Assembly: GCF_001194135.2 (NCBI RefSeq) | Contig: NC_068990.1 | Coordinates: 3,928,904 to 3,964,870, forward strand | DNA: 35,967 bases | Direction of reading: 5' to 3' | DNA from: Octopus bimaculoides | Lineage: Eukaryota | Shown: piece after piece, positions 11,880 through 24,222 of the stretch | Layout of the letters: the number at the start of each line of letters is the position of its first letter | Numbering within the stretch: the first letter of the stretch is position 1 | Made by a program: the position numbers and the translations under genes | The notes under the pieces: generated by a model | Databases searched by the model: none | What the model was told of the DNA's origin: nothing | What the model saw: the letters and a program-made list of their open reading frames with translations, nothing else

Positions 11880-13287
11880 TTACCAGTAGAGATTATCCTA
11901 AGTTACATCATTTTTAAGAGCTCCGATCTGACTTTAAATATTCGGCAGATTTTTTTAGGTTTAATAGGTATGCCCACTTTCTCATCTGCAATTTACAGGT
12001 ATTTCTGTCATTTCTGTAAGGTTTACACTTTTGAAGGATATTCTGAGTGTAATAACGCGTTCTTGCAATGTCCAAACACAACTTTATTACTTGGTTACAT
12101 TCCTCTTTCATACGTACCCGAAGGAATAATATGGTTGAACATTATCGAATTTGCTTTCCAACATTCAGTTGTAAGTTAATACCCGACGTTTAGACTTGAT
12201 TAAGTAGAGGTGAATACTGCACTACTGATTAAGATGAAATTCATTTATATTTCTTCAGTGCAGTTTTCCTCTACTGTTCTTGTTGAATTCCATTGATTAA
12301 GGTGTAATATTGATGATATAACCGAAACTCCGTTTTTAGTTATTTCTGGTAAATAATTTTCTCGAATTGAGATTAACAACAAAAAAAACAAATTTACTAA
12401 GTTTAGGAAAGGTTTTGTTATTTTAGAATTAACTATTAAGGAGAAAGGAACTGACAACAAGACTATGCTATGCTGTTTTTGGTTTCTTATTCAGCATGTT
12501 CAGAATATATTTACATTTGTCTTCAAACATCTGTAAACTTTTAATTCTTTGATATACTTGACCTACAGATTTCTTTAAGAATTCTTCATTGAACCTAATT
12601 TATAATATCAGAACAGTCTGTTCTAAAGAATGTGCTACTGGTATTATAGTTTAAGTTTTAGCAAACCAATGGACAGGCAGAAGAACTCTGTATTAATGTG
12701 CGTAAACGTTTTGTTAGGTTCATTATATGGTTTATATTTATCAATGGTTACTTTGAGGACACATACGAAAAATTCGCAATACATAATTTAGTTGTGATTG
12801 TTATTTATTTTCAGGCCAAAATTATTCCAGATTTATCTAATTTATGGTCATCAGCATGCTGCGACATGGCAAAGATGACATCTCTGTATAAGAGTGTGTG
12901 GCTTAATAAATTTACTTTTAAGTTTGAGATATACGGACTGACATGGTCACATATTTCTGTACAGTCGAACAACCCTGTACTAACATCAAACTAGTACATA
13001 ATGTCTGTTTTAACCAGACAGAACTTGTATCAAAAAGCAATTCGTTTGCCTAGTCGTGGACAGCGATATATTTCATAAGCAAATCTTCGGTGCTGGTGAG
13101 TAAAGATTTTGAGATACTGCGACAATGTTTAAGGATATCGCTTTGGATAAATTTAAATTATATTTTTGATAATTTTAAGCCAACTACTGGCGGTACTTTA
13201 TTTTTTCCACTGTTGGAGGTAATGCTATTTAAATTATTATCGATTAATAGAATCTCAGTATTACATGCTTCATTAATCTGCATTTAG
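11880..13287 (+). pseudogene. Decayed, apparently intronless nAChR-like paralog relic (relic B) nested in the host intron
   Basis: Colinear motif remnants over ~1.4 kb: CNNAFLQC (WxDxxLxW with TGG->TGT, 12048-71), VPEGIIW (W 12132), CNIDDITETPF (12303-35), TGA+12 codons=YSACSEY (12452-12508), LNLI (12589), PMD (12666), VNVLLGSLYGLYLSMVT (12702-52), SQYI (12774), IYLI/MVISML (12831-61), VWLNKF (12896), WINLNYIFDNF..TLFFPLL (13144-13215). Has stops and frameshifts. Read manually, no statistics. Confidence 0.6.
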
Positions 13288-15039
13288 AGTTAGAGACGAA
13301 GATCACATTAAGATCTTTAAGGGGAATACATCCTTCGATATTTGTTAAAGATTCCAATCTGACGCTTCTCTAGAAGTTGCTATCACCATTTCAAATAATT
13401 TTCATAAACAGTGACATGACACCACTGTTTGTTCGTCTAATGAATGTTTCGGAAACTGTTCCGCAAGGTGAAACTTCAAACTGTGAAGTATTTGTCAGTA
13501 AGGTAATATTTTAATAAATTTAAGTATATTTTGATGAGCTGTCGCACACAAACACACACACACATACATACACACACATACACGCACACATACATGCACA
13601 TACACACATACATACTGATATATGTGTATATATATGTGTGTATACGTATATATATATATATATGTGTGTGTGTATATATATGTATATTTGTATGTATGTA
13701 TGTATGTATGTATGTATGAATGTATGTACACAATAGAGAGAATGAGTGAGTGGGTGAGTGAGTAAGTGAGCCAGTGAGAAGCAAAAACAACTGCGTCACA
13801 TTTACTTTCAACATATTTGAGTTATTTAAGCTTAAGAACAAATGTAGAAAACAAAACTTTATTGATGAAATTTCGCGGAAACTTGCACCTGTTAGAATTT
13901 TAAAAGCTAAACTAGATTCATGTTGCAGGAAATTAAAATATAATAGCGAATTTTAAAAATATTAAAAAGTTATTCCATAACTGAAATTGCATCACTGCGT
14001 TCAAAAATCGTTATATTGTTTTTCACTTCAATCTGCTGACAAATGAATATTTTACAAGCGAGACGCATGACTTTTTTAAGTGTTCTGATATCTATTTTGA
14101 AGCAAAAATTTATAATTCTACAAAATATTGTTTCATCATATTAAAAATCACGATTTTGCCTTTCATTTCGTTCCATAAGTAACAATGGAACATAAGCTGA
14201 AGATTAACGCGTATCTTTCGCACTTGTTTTAATATCTTAAAGATTTTTACTGTTTCTGACTTCATTATGTAGATAAGGTTGTTGAAAAGGTAACACAGAA
14301 AAGCGAATGATCGGTTTTAGGATTCCAATTATGTCTTCACTATGTTTCCGTAGTTAAAGGTTGCTCAAAGTATAAACCCCGACTTTCGTTCATTGTGTTC
14401 AATTTTTCGATTGTCCTCCATGTCGTTGAACAGTTGGGGTTGCTGAGAACGTAATACATGAACATAATCGTATGATGCAGGCAGACAAGCATTAGTAATT
14501 TATATATGTAATGGATATATGTGTGTGTGCGTAAGTGTGTATTTATGTGTGTGTGTGTGTGTATATACATATATATATGTGTCTGTGTGTGTGTGTGTGT
14601 ATGCATTAGTACACACCTAATATAGGATACTTAATACGTATGTATGTTTATATCTGTGAATGTGTATGTCTTAAGACACTAACTATAGGATACTTAATAC
14701 GTACGCATGTATATATAAATATAAATGTGTGTATGTACCTAAAAACACTAAATATAGGCCAATTAATATGTATGTATACACACTCACACAAACACATATA
14801 CATACATACATACATATATATNNNNNNNNNNNNNNNNNNNNNNNNNNNNNNNNNNNNNNNNNNNNNNNNNNNNNNNNNNNNNNNNNNNNNNNNNNNNNNN
14901 NNNTATATATATATATATATTTAAAATAAAAACAAATGACATTTAAAATTCACGACTGTTGTTTCAGTGGAATTTTATTTATTTATTCATAGTAGATTAC
15001 ATCATAACATAGAACCCACCATCATCAGGCAAAATCTTA

Positions 15040-15575
15040 AACAGGTGAGATTTCTTACCTCGATTTGGACCAATCCAACGTCAGGAATCTGAATGCCGAA
15101 AGAAATGCTGCTAAGCATTTTGCCCGACGGGCTAATGATTCTGCCACCTTGCCTCCTTATTTCTATAATATTCCTTTCTATTATAGTCCCAAGATCTGAA
15201 GTTTGGGAGAAGGGGCTAGTCAATTACAGTGACCCCAGTGTTTCACTGGTACTTATTTCATCAAGCCCGAAAGGATAAAATGCAGACTCGAACTCAGAGC
15301 ATGCAGACAGGCAAAATGCCGCAAAACACTTTGGCAGGCGTGCTAGAGATTCTTCCGGCTCGACGTCTCATTCCATAATTAATATTAGTTTCAAGTTTTG
15401 GCACAAGCTAGCAATTTCGGAGTAGGGGTAAGTCGATTACATTGTTCCCAGTACGCAGCTGGTACTTATTTTATCGACCCCGAATGGGCAACAGGCGAAG
15501 TCGACCATGATGTAATTTCAACTCAGAACGTAAAGATTGACGAAATGCCGTTAAGTAATTTGTCTGGCATGCTAA
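15040..15575 (-). mobile_element. Cluster of three partial family-1 SINE copies on the minus strand (~15040-15158, ~15185-15365, ~15388-15575)
   Basis: Repeated blocks gaaatgc.gctaagcattt...gctaa.gattct.cc and ctggtacttattt.atc.ac/gccc, reverse complements of the + copies. Confidence 0.8.
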
Positions 15576-15600
15576 ATTTACAATTAATGTTAATTTTAGG

Positions 15601-15818
15601 CAAGGCGGTGAGCTGGCAGAAGCGTTAGCACGACGGCAAAAATACTTAGCTACATTTCGTCCGTGTTTACTTTCTGAATTCAAATTCTGCCGAGGTCGGC
15701 TTTGCTTTTCATGCGTTCGAGGTCGATAAATTAAATAGCAGTTGAGAACTTGGGTTCATGTAATCGACGTACCTCTCTCCCTTCCGAAATTGCTGGCTTT
15801 GTACCAAGAGTTGAAACC
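15601..15818 (+). mobile_element. Family-1 tRNA-derived SINE
   Basis: aaggcggtgagctggcagaagcgttagc head with A-box-like tggcagaagcg and B-box-like attcaaattc. Body similar to 18043-18270. Confidence 0.85.
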
Positions 15819-15919
15819 TATATTAATTGGTAATTGATATAAACTGATACAAACTAATTATTTATGTCTTCATGAGTATGTTGTATTCATTTATAACTTG
15901 TTTCTTTTTCTCTTTGTAG

Positions 15920-16029
15920 AAATGGAATGATCCGTCTTTAACATGGTATCCTATGCAACATAATAATGTCACCTTCATACTTCTGCCCAGAAAGCGAGTT
16001 TGGAGTCCAGAAATTATCATTGATAACAT
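15920..16029 (+). CDS. 110-nt internal exon of nAChR-like gene; KWNDPSLTWYPMQHNNVTFILLPRKRVWSPEIIIDN(I)
   Basis: Acceptor tttctttttctctttgtAG, donor GTaagt. Contains WxDxxLxW and WxP[D/E]xxxxN motifs. 110 nt ending in phase 2 matches the phase-2 start of exon 23188 (AT|A = Ile). Not in the ORF track because it is spliced. Confidence 0.93.
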
Positions 16030-16177
16030 GTAAGTCTTTATTTGTACTATGCACGCACGTACACACAACCACCACCACATGTATGTACACGTATGTGTGT
16101 CTGTATGTATTATATATATATACACACATATATATCGTTCCCTTAATCACAATATATCTAATACGGGTTGTGACTCG

Positions 16178-16597
16178 TTACCCAGCTAGAAAAAATGTTT
16201 TCCTGAGGTTAAAATGTAGTGACATAGTTCTGTATAGAACAGCCACGTTAAAGTGGCAAAATGTATTAGTCTAGTATTGTTACTACTTACATCTCGTTTA
16301 GAGATTTTAGAACTAGCTACTTTGCACGTTACGAAAACAGCGGCTGTCTGCCGCTTCTATGTTTATATACTGTGAGTAGGGTCGACTGACTGCCATCTCT
16401 AACAGGCAGGTATCTAGTATCGATGAAAGGTAAAGACCCAGAAACCATGGTCTACTGGTCTTGCCAAGCTGGAAGGGAGTGGTTCGCTCCTTTACTTACA
16501 ATGTATCAGACACAGGCTATGTGTCGTTAACCAGCTGGAAAAGATGTTTTCCTGCGGTTCTGTATAGAACAGCCACGTTATAGTTGCAAAAACTATT
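16178..16597. repeat. Imperfect direct repeat pair (~16178-16265 and ~16525-16597) downstream of the 110-nt exon
   Basis: tcgtta.ccagct.gaaaa.atgttttcctg.ggtt ... ctgtatagaacagccacgtta.agt.gcaaaa in both copies. The second lacks an internal ~18-nt segment. Confidence 0.85.
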
Positions 16598-17269
16598 ACA
16601 ATATATAAATATGTGTATGTGTGTACATACTAAGCTGTATATTTTGAAGACCTTTAAAAATAACTGCATAAATATTCATTAATGTTGAACTCAATACTAA
16701 ATTATAGTATCAAAATTAATATGAAATTCATTTTGACTAGACTCGGCAGATGGCTTATTCAACAAACGGTGAATAGTGTTTATTTACATACAAATTGGAC
16801 AGCTTCATAAGAAAAAATTGTGTAAGTATTGTGTAAGAGATACGAGGAATATTTTCTAAGTAAGCGGAGAAGTCTGCTTTAATACCGAAGAGTAAAATTC
16901 TCGTAATAGTAAATGTTTAAATGCTCGTGAAGTGAATGTAAGTAGGTAATAAAAGAAATTAATTAAAATTAGAGGAAAGGTCATGAAAAAGTCAAATTAA
17001 GTAGGGAAATCGCGAAGGTTTTATTTTTATTGAATTTATCGGAGACGAAAAGAATATCAATAAAGCTGATAATTTGCATTCGAATATTCTCCCTGTGTCT
17101 GAACGTGTGTCAGTACATTTGCCTGTATGTAACTTTGTGTGTGCGTGTGTGTGTATGCGTGTGGACTTGTCTATGTACGCCTAGTCTTCTACTGTATGTG
17201 TGAGTGTATGTGTTAATTTATTTGCGTAAACTTTTAGAAGCCATGAGGGTATATTGAATTGACACAGTA

Positions 17270-17325
<56 letters not shown>

Positions 17326-17943
17326 NNNNNNNNNNNNNNNNNNNNNNNNNNNNNNNNNNNNNNNNNNNNNNNNNNNNNNNNNNNNNNNNNNNNNNNNNNN
17401 NNNNNNNNNNNNNNNNNNNNNNNNNNNNNNNNNNNNNNNNNNNNNNNNNNNNNNNNNNNNNNNNNNNNNNNNNNNNNNNNNNNNNNNNNNNNNNNNNNNN
17501 NNNNNNNNNNNNNNNNNNNNNNNNNNNNNNNNNNNNNNNNNNNNNNNNNNNNNNNNNNNNNNNNNNNNNNNNNNNNNNNNNNNNNNNNNNNNNNNNNNNN
17601 NNNNNNNNNNNNNNNNNNNNNNNNNNNNNNNNNNNNNNNNNNNNNNNNNNNNNNNNNNNNNNNNNNNNNNNNNNNNNNNNNNNNNNNNNNNNNNNNNNNN
17701 NNNNNNNNNNNNNNNNNNNNNNNNNNNNNNNNNNNNNNNNNNNNNNNNNNNNNNNNNNNNNNNNNNNNNNNNNNNNNNNNNNNNNNNNNNNNNNNNNNNN
17801 NNNNNNNNNNNNNNNNNNNNNNNNNNNNNNNNNNNNNNNNNNNNNNNNNNNNNNNNNNNNNNNNNNNNNNNNNNNNNNNNNNNNNNNNNNNNNNNNNNNN
17901 NNNNNNNNNNNNNNNNNNNNNNNNNNNNNNNNNNNNNNNNNNN

Positions 17944-17977
<34 letters not shown>

Positions 17978-18016
17978 ACACACACACACAAATGTATGTG
18001 GTTGTGTGGTAAGTAC

Positions 18017-18412
18017 AGGTGCAGGAGTGGCTGTGTGATAAGCTGGCAGAATCGTTAGCACGCCGGGCGAAATGCTTAGCAGTATTTCGTCTGCCGTTAC
18101 GTTCTGAGTTCAAATTCCGCCAAGGTCGACTTTGCCTTTCATCCTTTCGAGGTCGATAAATAAAGTACCAGTTACGCATTGGGGTCGATGTAATCGACTT
18201 AATTCCTTTGTCTGTCCTTGTTTGTCCCCTCTATGTTTAGCCCCTTGTGGGCAATAAAGAAATAAGAAATAAGAAGTTTGCTCACCAACCACATGGTTCT
18301 GGGTTCAGTCCCCTGCGTGGTACCTTAGCAAACTGTCTTCTACTGTAGCCTCGAGCCGACTAAACCTTGTGAGTGGATTTGGCACACGGAGACTGAAAGA
18401 AGCTTGTTGTAT
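18017..18412 (+). mobile_element. Family-2 tRNA-derived SINE interrupted by a nested family-1 SINE (~18043-18270)
   Basis: Outer head aggtgcaggagtggctgtgtgataag resumes as aagaagtttgctcaccaaccacatggttctgggttcagtccc. The intact reverse-complement copy at 27640-27720 shows the uninterrupted head. ataag flanks both sides of the insert. Confidence 0.85.
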
Positions 18413-18616
18413 ATATATATATATATATATATATATTGTCCGTTTTATGTTTTGTATATTTGCCAACTGGAAGAAACTTGCCTCTCAGTCTAGCTTAGGA
18501 ACATAAATATGAGTGAATCATTTACTCAATCGGTTTAATTGACAGTTCCCTCCAATCAAAAATCTGATACCGTTTTCCATATTAGAAATGTATTTTTTAT
18601 TATTTTACATTCAAAC

Positions 18617-18830
18617 CAAGACGGTAAGCTGATAGAACCGTTAGTACACCGGAGAAAAAAATGCTTTGCGGCATATCGTCTGTTTCGGGGTTCAAATTCT
18701 GCCGCAGTCGACTTTACCCTTCATCCTTTCGGAATTTGATAAGCTAACTACCTACCAAGCACTGAGACAGATGTAATCGGCTGGACAGTGTCCTCAAATT
18801 TCCAGGCCTTATGTCTATAGCAGAAAGGTT
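18617..18830 (+). mobile_element. Family-1 SINE
   Basis: caagacggtaagctgatagaaccgttagtacacc...gggttcaaattctgccgcagtcgacttt.cc.ttcatcctttcgg. Confidence 0.8.
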
Positions 18831-19894
18831 TATTTTACATTCGAACCATTTTTTTTATTTGGTGTTCAAATCCCGCCGCGGTCATATTTAGTTTGCATTG
18901 TTTTTTACTTCGGGGATAACTAAACAGTAAATAAACAGTAAACTAAGAATCATACTTCCAGTAAACAATTGGGTTTCATGTTGCCGTTTTTGCATCTCTC
19001 CTATCCTTTATTTCACTTCAGTACAGCATCTGCTTTTATGTATGTTCATGCAATCGACACTTAGCTCCAGTCGATGCGCTGGATCGTCTGATACTATTGT
19101 CTATCACTGCTAGGACCCACAGGCCGATGATAACAGACAAAATCTGAAATCAGAATACGGTGATCTGCGGCATAAATATGGCAAGATCTCGTCCGACGCT
19201 CAAGAATTTCCATCAGTCAAAAATTTCATCTAATTGATACTTTATTTATCAAATTCGACACAATGTAAGACAAACCTGAGTAAGAGTGACATTTGAGCAC
19301 TGCAAGTGCAGAGAGCCGGAACCAAGTCAACAAACCTTGTATTCGACATTGATACCGATTCCGCCACTTCACCGCTTTGTCAAGTTAATTACCAGCCTAC
19401 ATCCTCCAAATGTCGTGGCCTTGTTCTCGTATTGAAAATTTTCATTAATATATTATTTTATTCGATCGTCTTTACATTCTGAACTCAATTCTCAACGGAG
19501 TTGACTTTCCTTGAACGCTGATAAAACAAATAGCCTCCAATCATTAGAGCAGATTTAATCAACATAGCCCTACCACACCCAGCAAGCTAATGTTCCCTTC
19601 TGACTTAGTCAGAAATCATTATTTTTTTTTCTAGTTTAATATCTTATGACAAAATATGATTAAATACCATTATTTTTTTTAATTCATCATAAAACTGTCC
19701 CAGCGGTGGAGATAATATATGCCTTGTTGTTCTTGTGGTTTTGTTTCTATTGTTTTTCTTTTCTGATTGATAGATATTTACAGGGAATACTGAACTGAAC
19801 GCGTTTATTTCTTAAAATATTGTTTAGAGACAACAACTTTGTTATCACTTTGCTTGTATTTAAACAACATTCCATTTTCTGAGAAATTTCACAA

Positions 19895-20114
<220 letters not shown>

Positions 20115-20776
20115 ACGTAAGCATATCCGGATTACAACTTCATATTTATACCCGTATTTATTGGGACACTTGGATGTGTTACAAACTGTGTCAGCACCAA
20201 TCTTGAGGAACTAGGGATTTTAGAACCAGAAGTTTAATTAGGGAATTACACATTCAAGCCATGAATGGAACTGCCAAAATATGTAAAACTTCCCAAAAGT
20301 TTAGCATATAAGTACATATACAGCTATATGTACAAGCATACATACACAAAACGTACAGATTTGCACATGCAGTAACTCCAAATACACACGCATATACATA
20401 CCAACATACACTACTCTATTGCTATTCATGTTGTGTGGTTATGTGAAAGAAACTTGGATCTAGGTCAGAAAATATTTTTTTTCTATTGGCAAAAAATCTA
20501 GAAATACATATTCATGTGTTTGTGTGTATAATTCGACACATGCATATATGTGCACACGCACACGCACACACCCTCACGCGTGCACTCCATATAACGATGT
20601 CTGCGGCAGTGGTGTCGGAAACGAACATATGCAGTAAAATAGTCACCAAAATGTTTTATGCATACAACTAGGACATTTTACTTAAAATTACACATGTAAT
20701 ATGAAAAAAGTTATCTAAATCACTACATTCTGGTTAAGCAAAGCAGTGGAGACAGCACTGGAATATAAATTCACAA

Positions 20777-20777
<1 letters not shown>

Positions 20778-20855
<78 letters not shown>
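20778..20855. repeat. (GTA)n microsatellite
   Basis: Direct inspection. Confidence 0.98.
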
Positions 20856-20856
<1 letters not shown>

Positions 20857-21477
20857 CATTCACTGAAAGCCTCCATTGATTAAAGTTTGTTAATTGAACT
20901 AGCTGGGTTGATGCGAAGGTATATAGCAGATTAAAGATTAATTATAAGTTTTATCACACAACATTATTTCATTGACTCAACATTTTATCCAACGAAATTT
21001 TCACACACAAAGAACTTAAGTATGTTTCTATACTAAAAATGCTATGGAAGGGTATAAAAAGGCTTCGAATTTTATTGATGCTTTTAATCAAAGGAAAAGA
21101 AATCACAGAAAATTGGTCTTTCGTGTGTCATTTGAATATATTACTTTCTAGATAAGTGGTCCTCAACCGTTTTTACTCAAATGCTGTCTTTTGATGTAAA
21201 ATGATCAGCTTCCTCTTGTATCACATAATGCACGAGTCAGATATAATGCATTTTCATTTTACGAAGTAATATTTATCACCTATTAAATCATCATAGAGGA
21301 CAGTGATAGCTAACATTTATAATTGTCATGAATTTTAACAGGGTTTGGAGAAATCGCATTTCAGGATGGATTTCAAAGATACGATCTATGCATAGAAATA
21401 CTGTGAATGTAGAAGATACGATTGTAGGAGTATTAAAACTGCAAACAAGTGAGATGTAAAAGTAATATCGTTTATTG

Positions 21478-21987
21478 GCTTCAAAAGTTGACATAAGGCC
21501 AGCAATTTCATGGAAGGGGTTAAGCCGATTGCCTCGACCCCAGTATTCAACTGGTACTTATTTTATCGACACTGAAATTATGAAAGACAGAAATCGACCT
21601 CGGAAGTATTTGAACTCAGAACGTAAAGACGGACGAAATGTAGCTAAGCATTCTGCTCGGCACGCTAACGCTTCTGCCAGTTCCTCACCTTGGTGATACC
21701 GAATATTGTGAAAAGCTAAGTTTCAACAAACTAACCCGCAACATGTCTAAAAGTGCTTGATGGAAACAGAAATATTGGTTTCAAATATTGGCACAAGACC
21801 AGCAATTTCAAGGAGTAAGTTGATTACATCCACTCCAGGATTCAATTGGTACTTATTTTGTCGACCCTGAGAGGATGAAAGGTAATGTCAGCCTCAGCAG
21901 AATTTGAACTCAGAACGTAAAGACGGACGAAATGCCGCTAAGCATTTTATCCGGCGCGCAATCGAATTTATCCGCTAGCCACCTTAA
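21478..21987 (-). mobile_element. Two tandem family-1 SINE copies on the minus strand (~21478-21693 and ~21777-21987)
   Basis: Both contain ggtacttatttt.tcgac...tttgaactcagaacgtaaagacggacgaaatg..gctaagcatt. Confidence 0.85.
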
Positions 21988-23187
21988 AGTAAACGGAAAT
22001 ATTGAAGGATTTAATCCAATTAGAGATATAGTCTTCAGACCCAGAAATTAAATTGCAAAGGTTGCGTTGTGTTAAATTATAACAAATTTAATGAAATGTG
22101 ATCTTATTTCAGTTAGGTCACTTAAAATTAATAAAATAAAATATCGCTGTCATGAGGATTATATGCATTTACTACTTCATATATATCAGGCTCAATTCTA
22201 AACATAATTTATCGCGGATATCTTTGAACAAAATCAAAGTATTTAAGCATTTTAGATAATATCTCTCATTGTTTTGAACCCCTACTCGAAAAAATTATAA
22301 AATCAAGAATGGTATTTTAGTCCTCCTTGAAGAGGACTTAATATCAGTAATGGTTCAAGTCTAGTTAATGTACAGTATTCTATTATTTTTTAATGGTAAT
22401 GAAATATATGGCGGAACGAAATCATATGGACTTACAAAATATATAAACAATTTTTTCCAAGTAGTGTCACACCTTTCCTTGACACCGTTCTTTTCTTGAA
22501 CATCTTTTTGACACGGTTCATCACCTTTGAACTTTTATGTAATACTCCAACTGCGGTTTACTGTCTCCTCCCACCAAAACATTTTTCAACAACGCTTCAT
22601 CCGCATTAAAGCCTTCTTTGGGAAACACTGCGCTAGACAGTCTCAGGAGTGTCCTATTCCAAAGAGTAAACCACTCGCCTCATAACTTACTATTGTCCAG
22701 GGTTATTCTCTTTAACAGATGAAATTACTTTTGCTAATACAGACCATCATGTTCCACTTTAGCAACAGGAAATGTCACACGCAATACCACATAGCAAAAT
22801 ACTAGCTGAATTGCGAAAATTTTATTTTAACCAGTGTAATATGAATTCGGTCATAAACAGATTCCAAGTCAATGCTATGGAGAATTCTTTTGAAATCTTT
22901 CTCTTTTTTCTATTTTCATTTTATTTTATTATATTTTTTACCTAACTGAATTTTATTCAAATTCAGTTTTTGCAAACTCAATTTTTAAAAATCTAGTTTT
23001 GTTCCAATTCCCATTTGAAATTATATCAATAACTTCCTGAAACATTCACATGTGCTGATTCCTCCTCTTCAAAGTATTCAGCTTTCATGTTTTCTTCGTA
23101 ATAAACAAAAAATTATTTTAAAAACATTAAATTGAAAATAAAAGAAATTATATGTGTATGAATATAATTTTTGTTCTCGTGTTTCAG

Positions 23188-23717
23188 AGCCGGTGAAGTG
23201 AAGCCGATAGGAGACAGAGCAAAAGAAGATCTCATCCGGTTAGAATATACTGGGATGGTTCACTGGGATGTTTCTCTAACTTTCTCAACACATTGTGATA
23301 TAGATATCACATATTACCCATTCGACACCCAGCGCTGTACACTTGAACTGGGAGAATGGACGTACACACGTAAAGAAATTAATTTCACTACACACTCCAA
23401 AGGGATCGTGTTAGATTCCTACAAAGACAACGGGGAGTGGAATATTATCGGAACTTTCGCTGAACCGAAACAATACGGGGCGGAGTACATGCAGCTTCAC
23501 TTCGGCCTTGTGATGAAAAGAAAGTCTCTTTACTATATACTGAACGTTATAGTACCACTTGTTCTCATCTCAATTTTGTGTGTAATAAGCTTTCTCATCC
23601 CATTGGATGCCGGAGAGAGGGTCTCTTACTCAATCGCGGTCTTGCTATCACTTGCCGTTTTCTTAACTGTAGTCAGTGCAAATATGCCATCTACGTCAAA
23701 ATACGTCTCTGTTTTAG
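23188..23717 (+). CDS. Large exon of Cys-loop ligand-gated ion channel (nAChR-like) subunit: rest of ligand-binding domain, Cys-loop, M1, M2
   Basis: Within ORF 23171-23725. Cys-loop CDIDITYYPFDTQRC, loop B GEWTY, NGEW, pre-M1 KRKSLYYILNVIVP, M2 GERVSYSIAVLLSLAVFL. Acceptor gtttcAG at 23186-87, donor GTaagt at 23718. Confidence 0.97.
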
Positions 23718-23976
23718 GTAAGTAAATCCTTAAATATCTATTCTTTTCTTCTTTTACCCGTTTCAGTCAATAAACAATGCAGGGACACCGTCTTCGAGTG
23801 TTTAGTCAAGTAAATGTCTCCAGTACTTATTTTAAGTGTCATACTTATTCTGACGGATTCTTTTTCCTGGCCAATATATTACAGGGACCTACACCAACCA
23901 GTACTGGTTGTGAGCCGGTGGCAGGCATACATTTTCATACGAAGACGTGTGCACGCACATACATTATATGTGTCTG

Positions 23977-24009
23977 TTATGTATGTATGTATGTATGTAT
24001 GTATCTGTT

Positions 24010-24056
<47 letters not shown>
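23977..24056. repeat. (TATG)n then (GATA)n
   Basis: Direct inspection. Confidence 0.97.
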
Positions 24057-24065
24057 GTGCACACG

Positions 24066-24222
24066 CATACATACGACAGGCTTCCATTCAGCATCCGTGT
24101 ACCAACTTCACTTTTACAAGGCACTGGTCAGTGCAGAGCTATAGAAGAATACACTTGCACAAAGTTCTTTGCCGTGTGACTCAGTTTGAAACTACATCGT
24201 TACGAAGCGAACTTAACCACAC
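24066..24222 (-). mobile_element. Diverged family-2 SINE fragment
   Basis: acgacaggcttcc.ttcag...accaac.tc...acaaggc...ggtc...gagctatag.aga..acact.g.c.aa aligns with 27557-27650. Confidence 0.65.

Noticed and set aside
12165-12176. GTAAGT donor after the 11880-12179 open frame, suggesting a real upstream exon
   Set aside because: Phase 0 is incompatible with the phase-2 acceptor at 23188, the key Trp residues are Cys, and the true exon is at 15920-16029.
22440-22860. GC-richer segment with a cagtgtttcccaa-like end on the minus strand (hAT TIR-like)
   Set aside because: No matching second TIR, TSD or transposase remnant was found.
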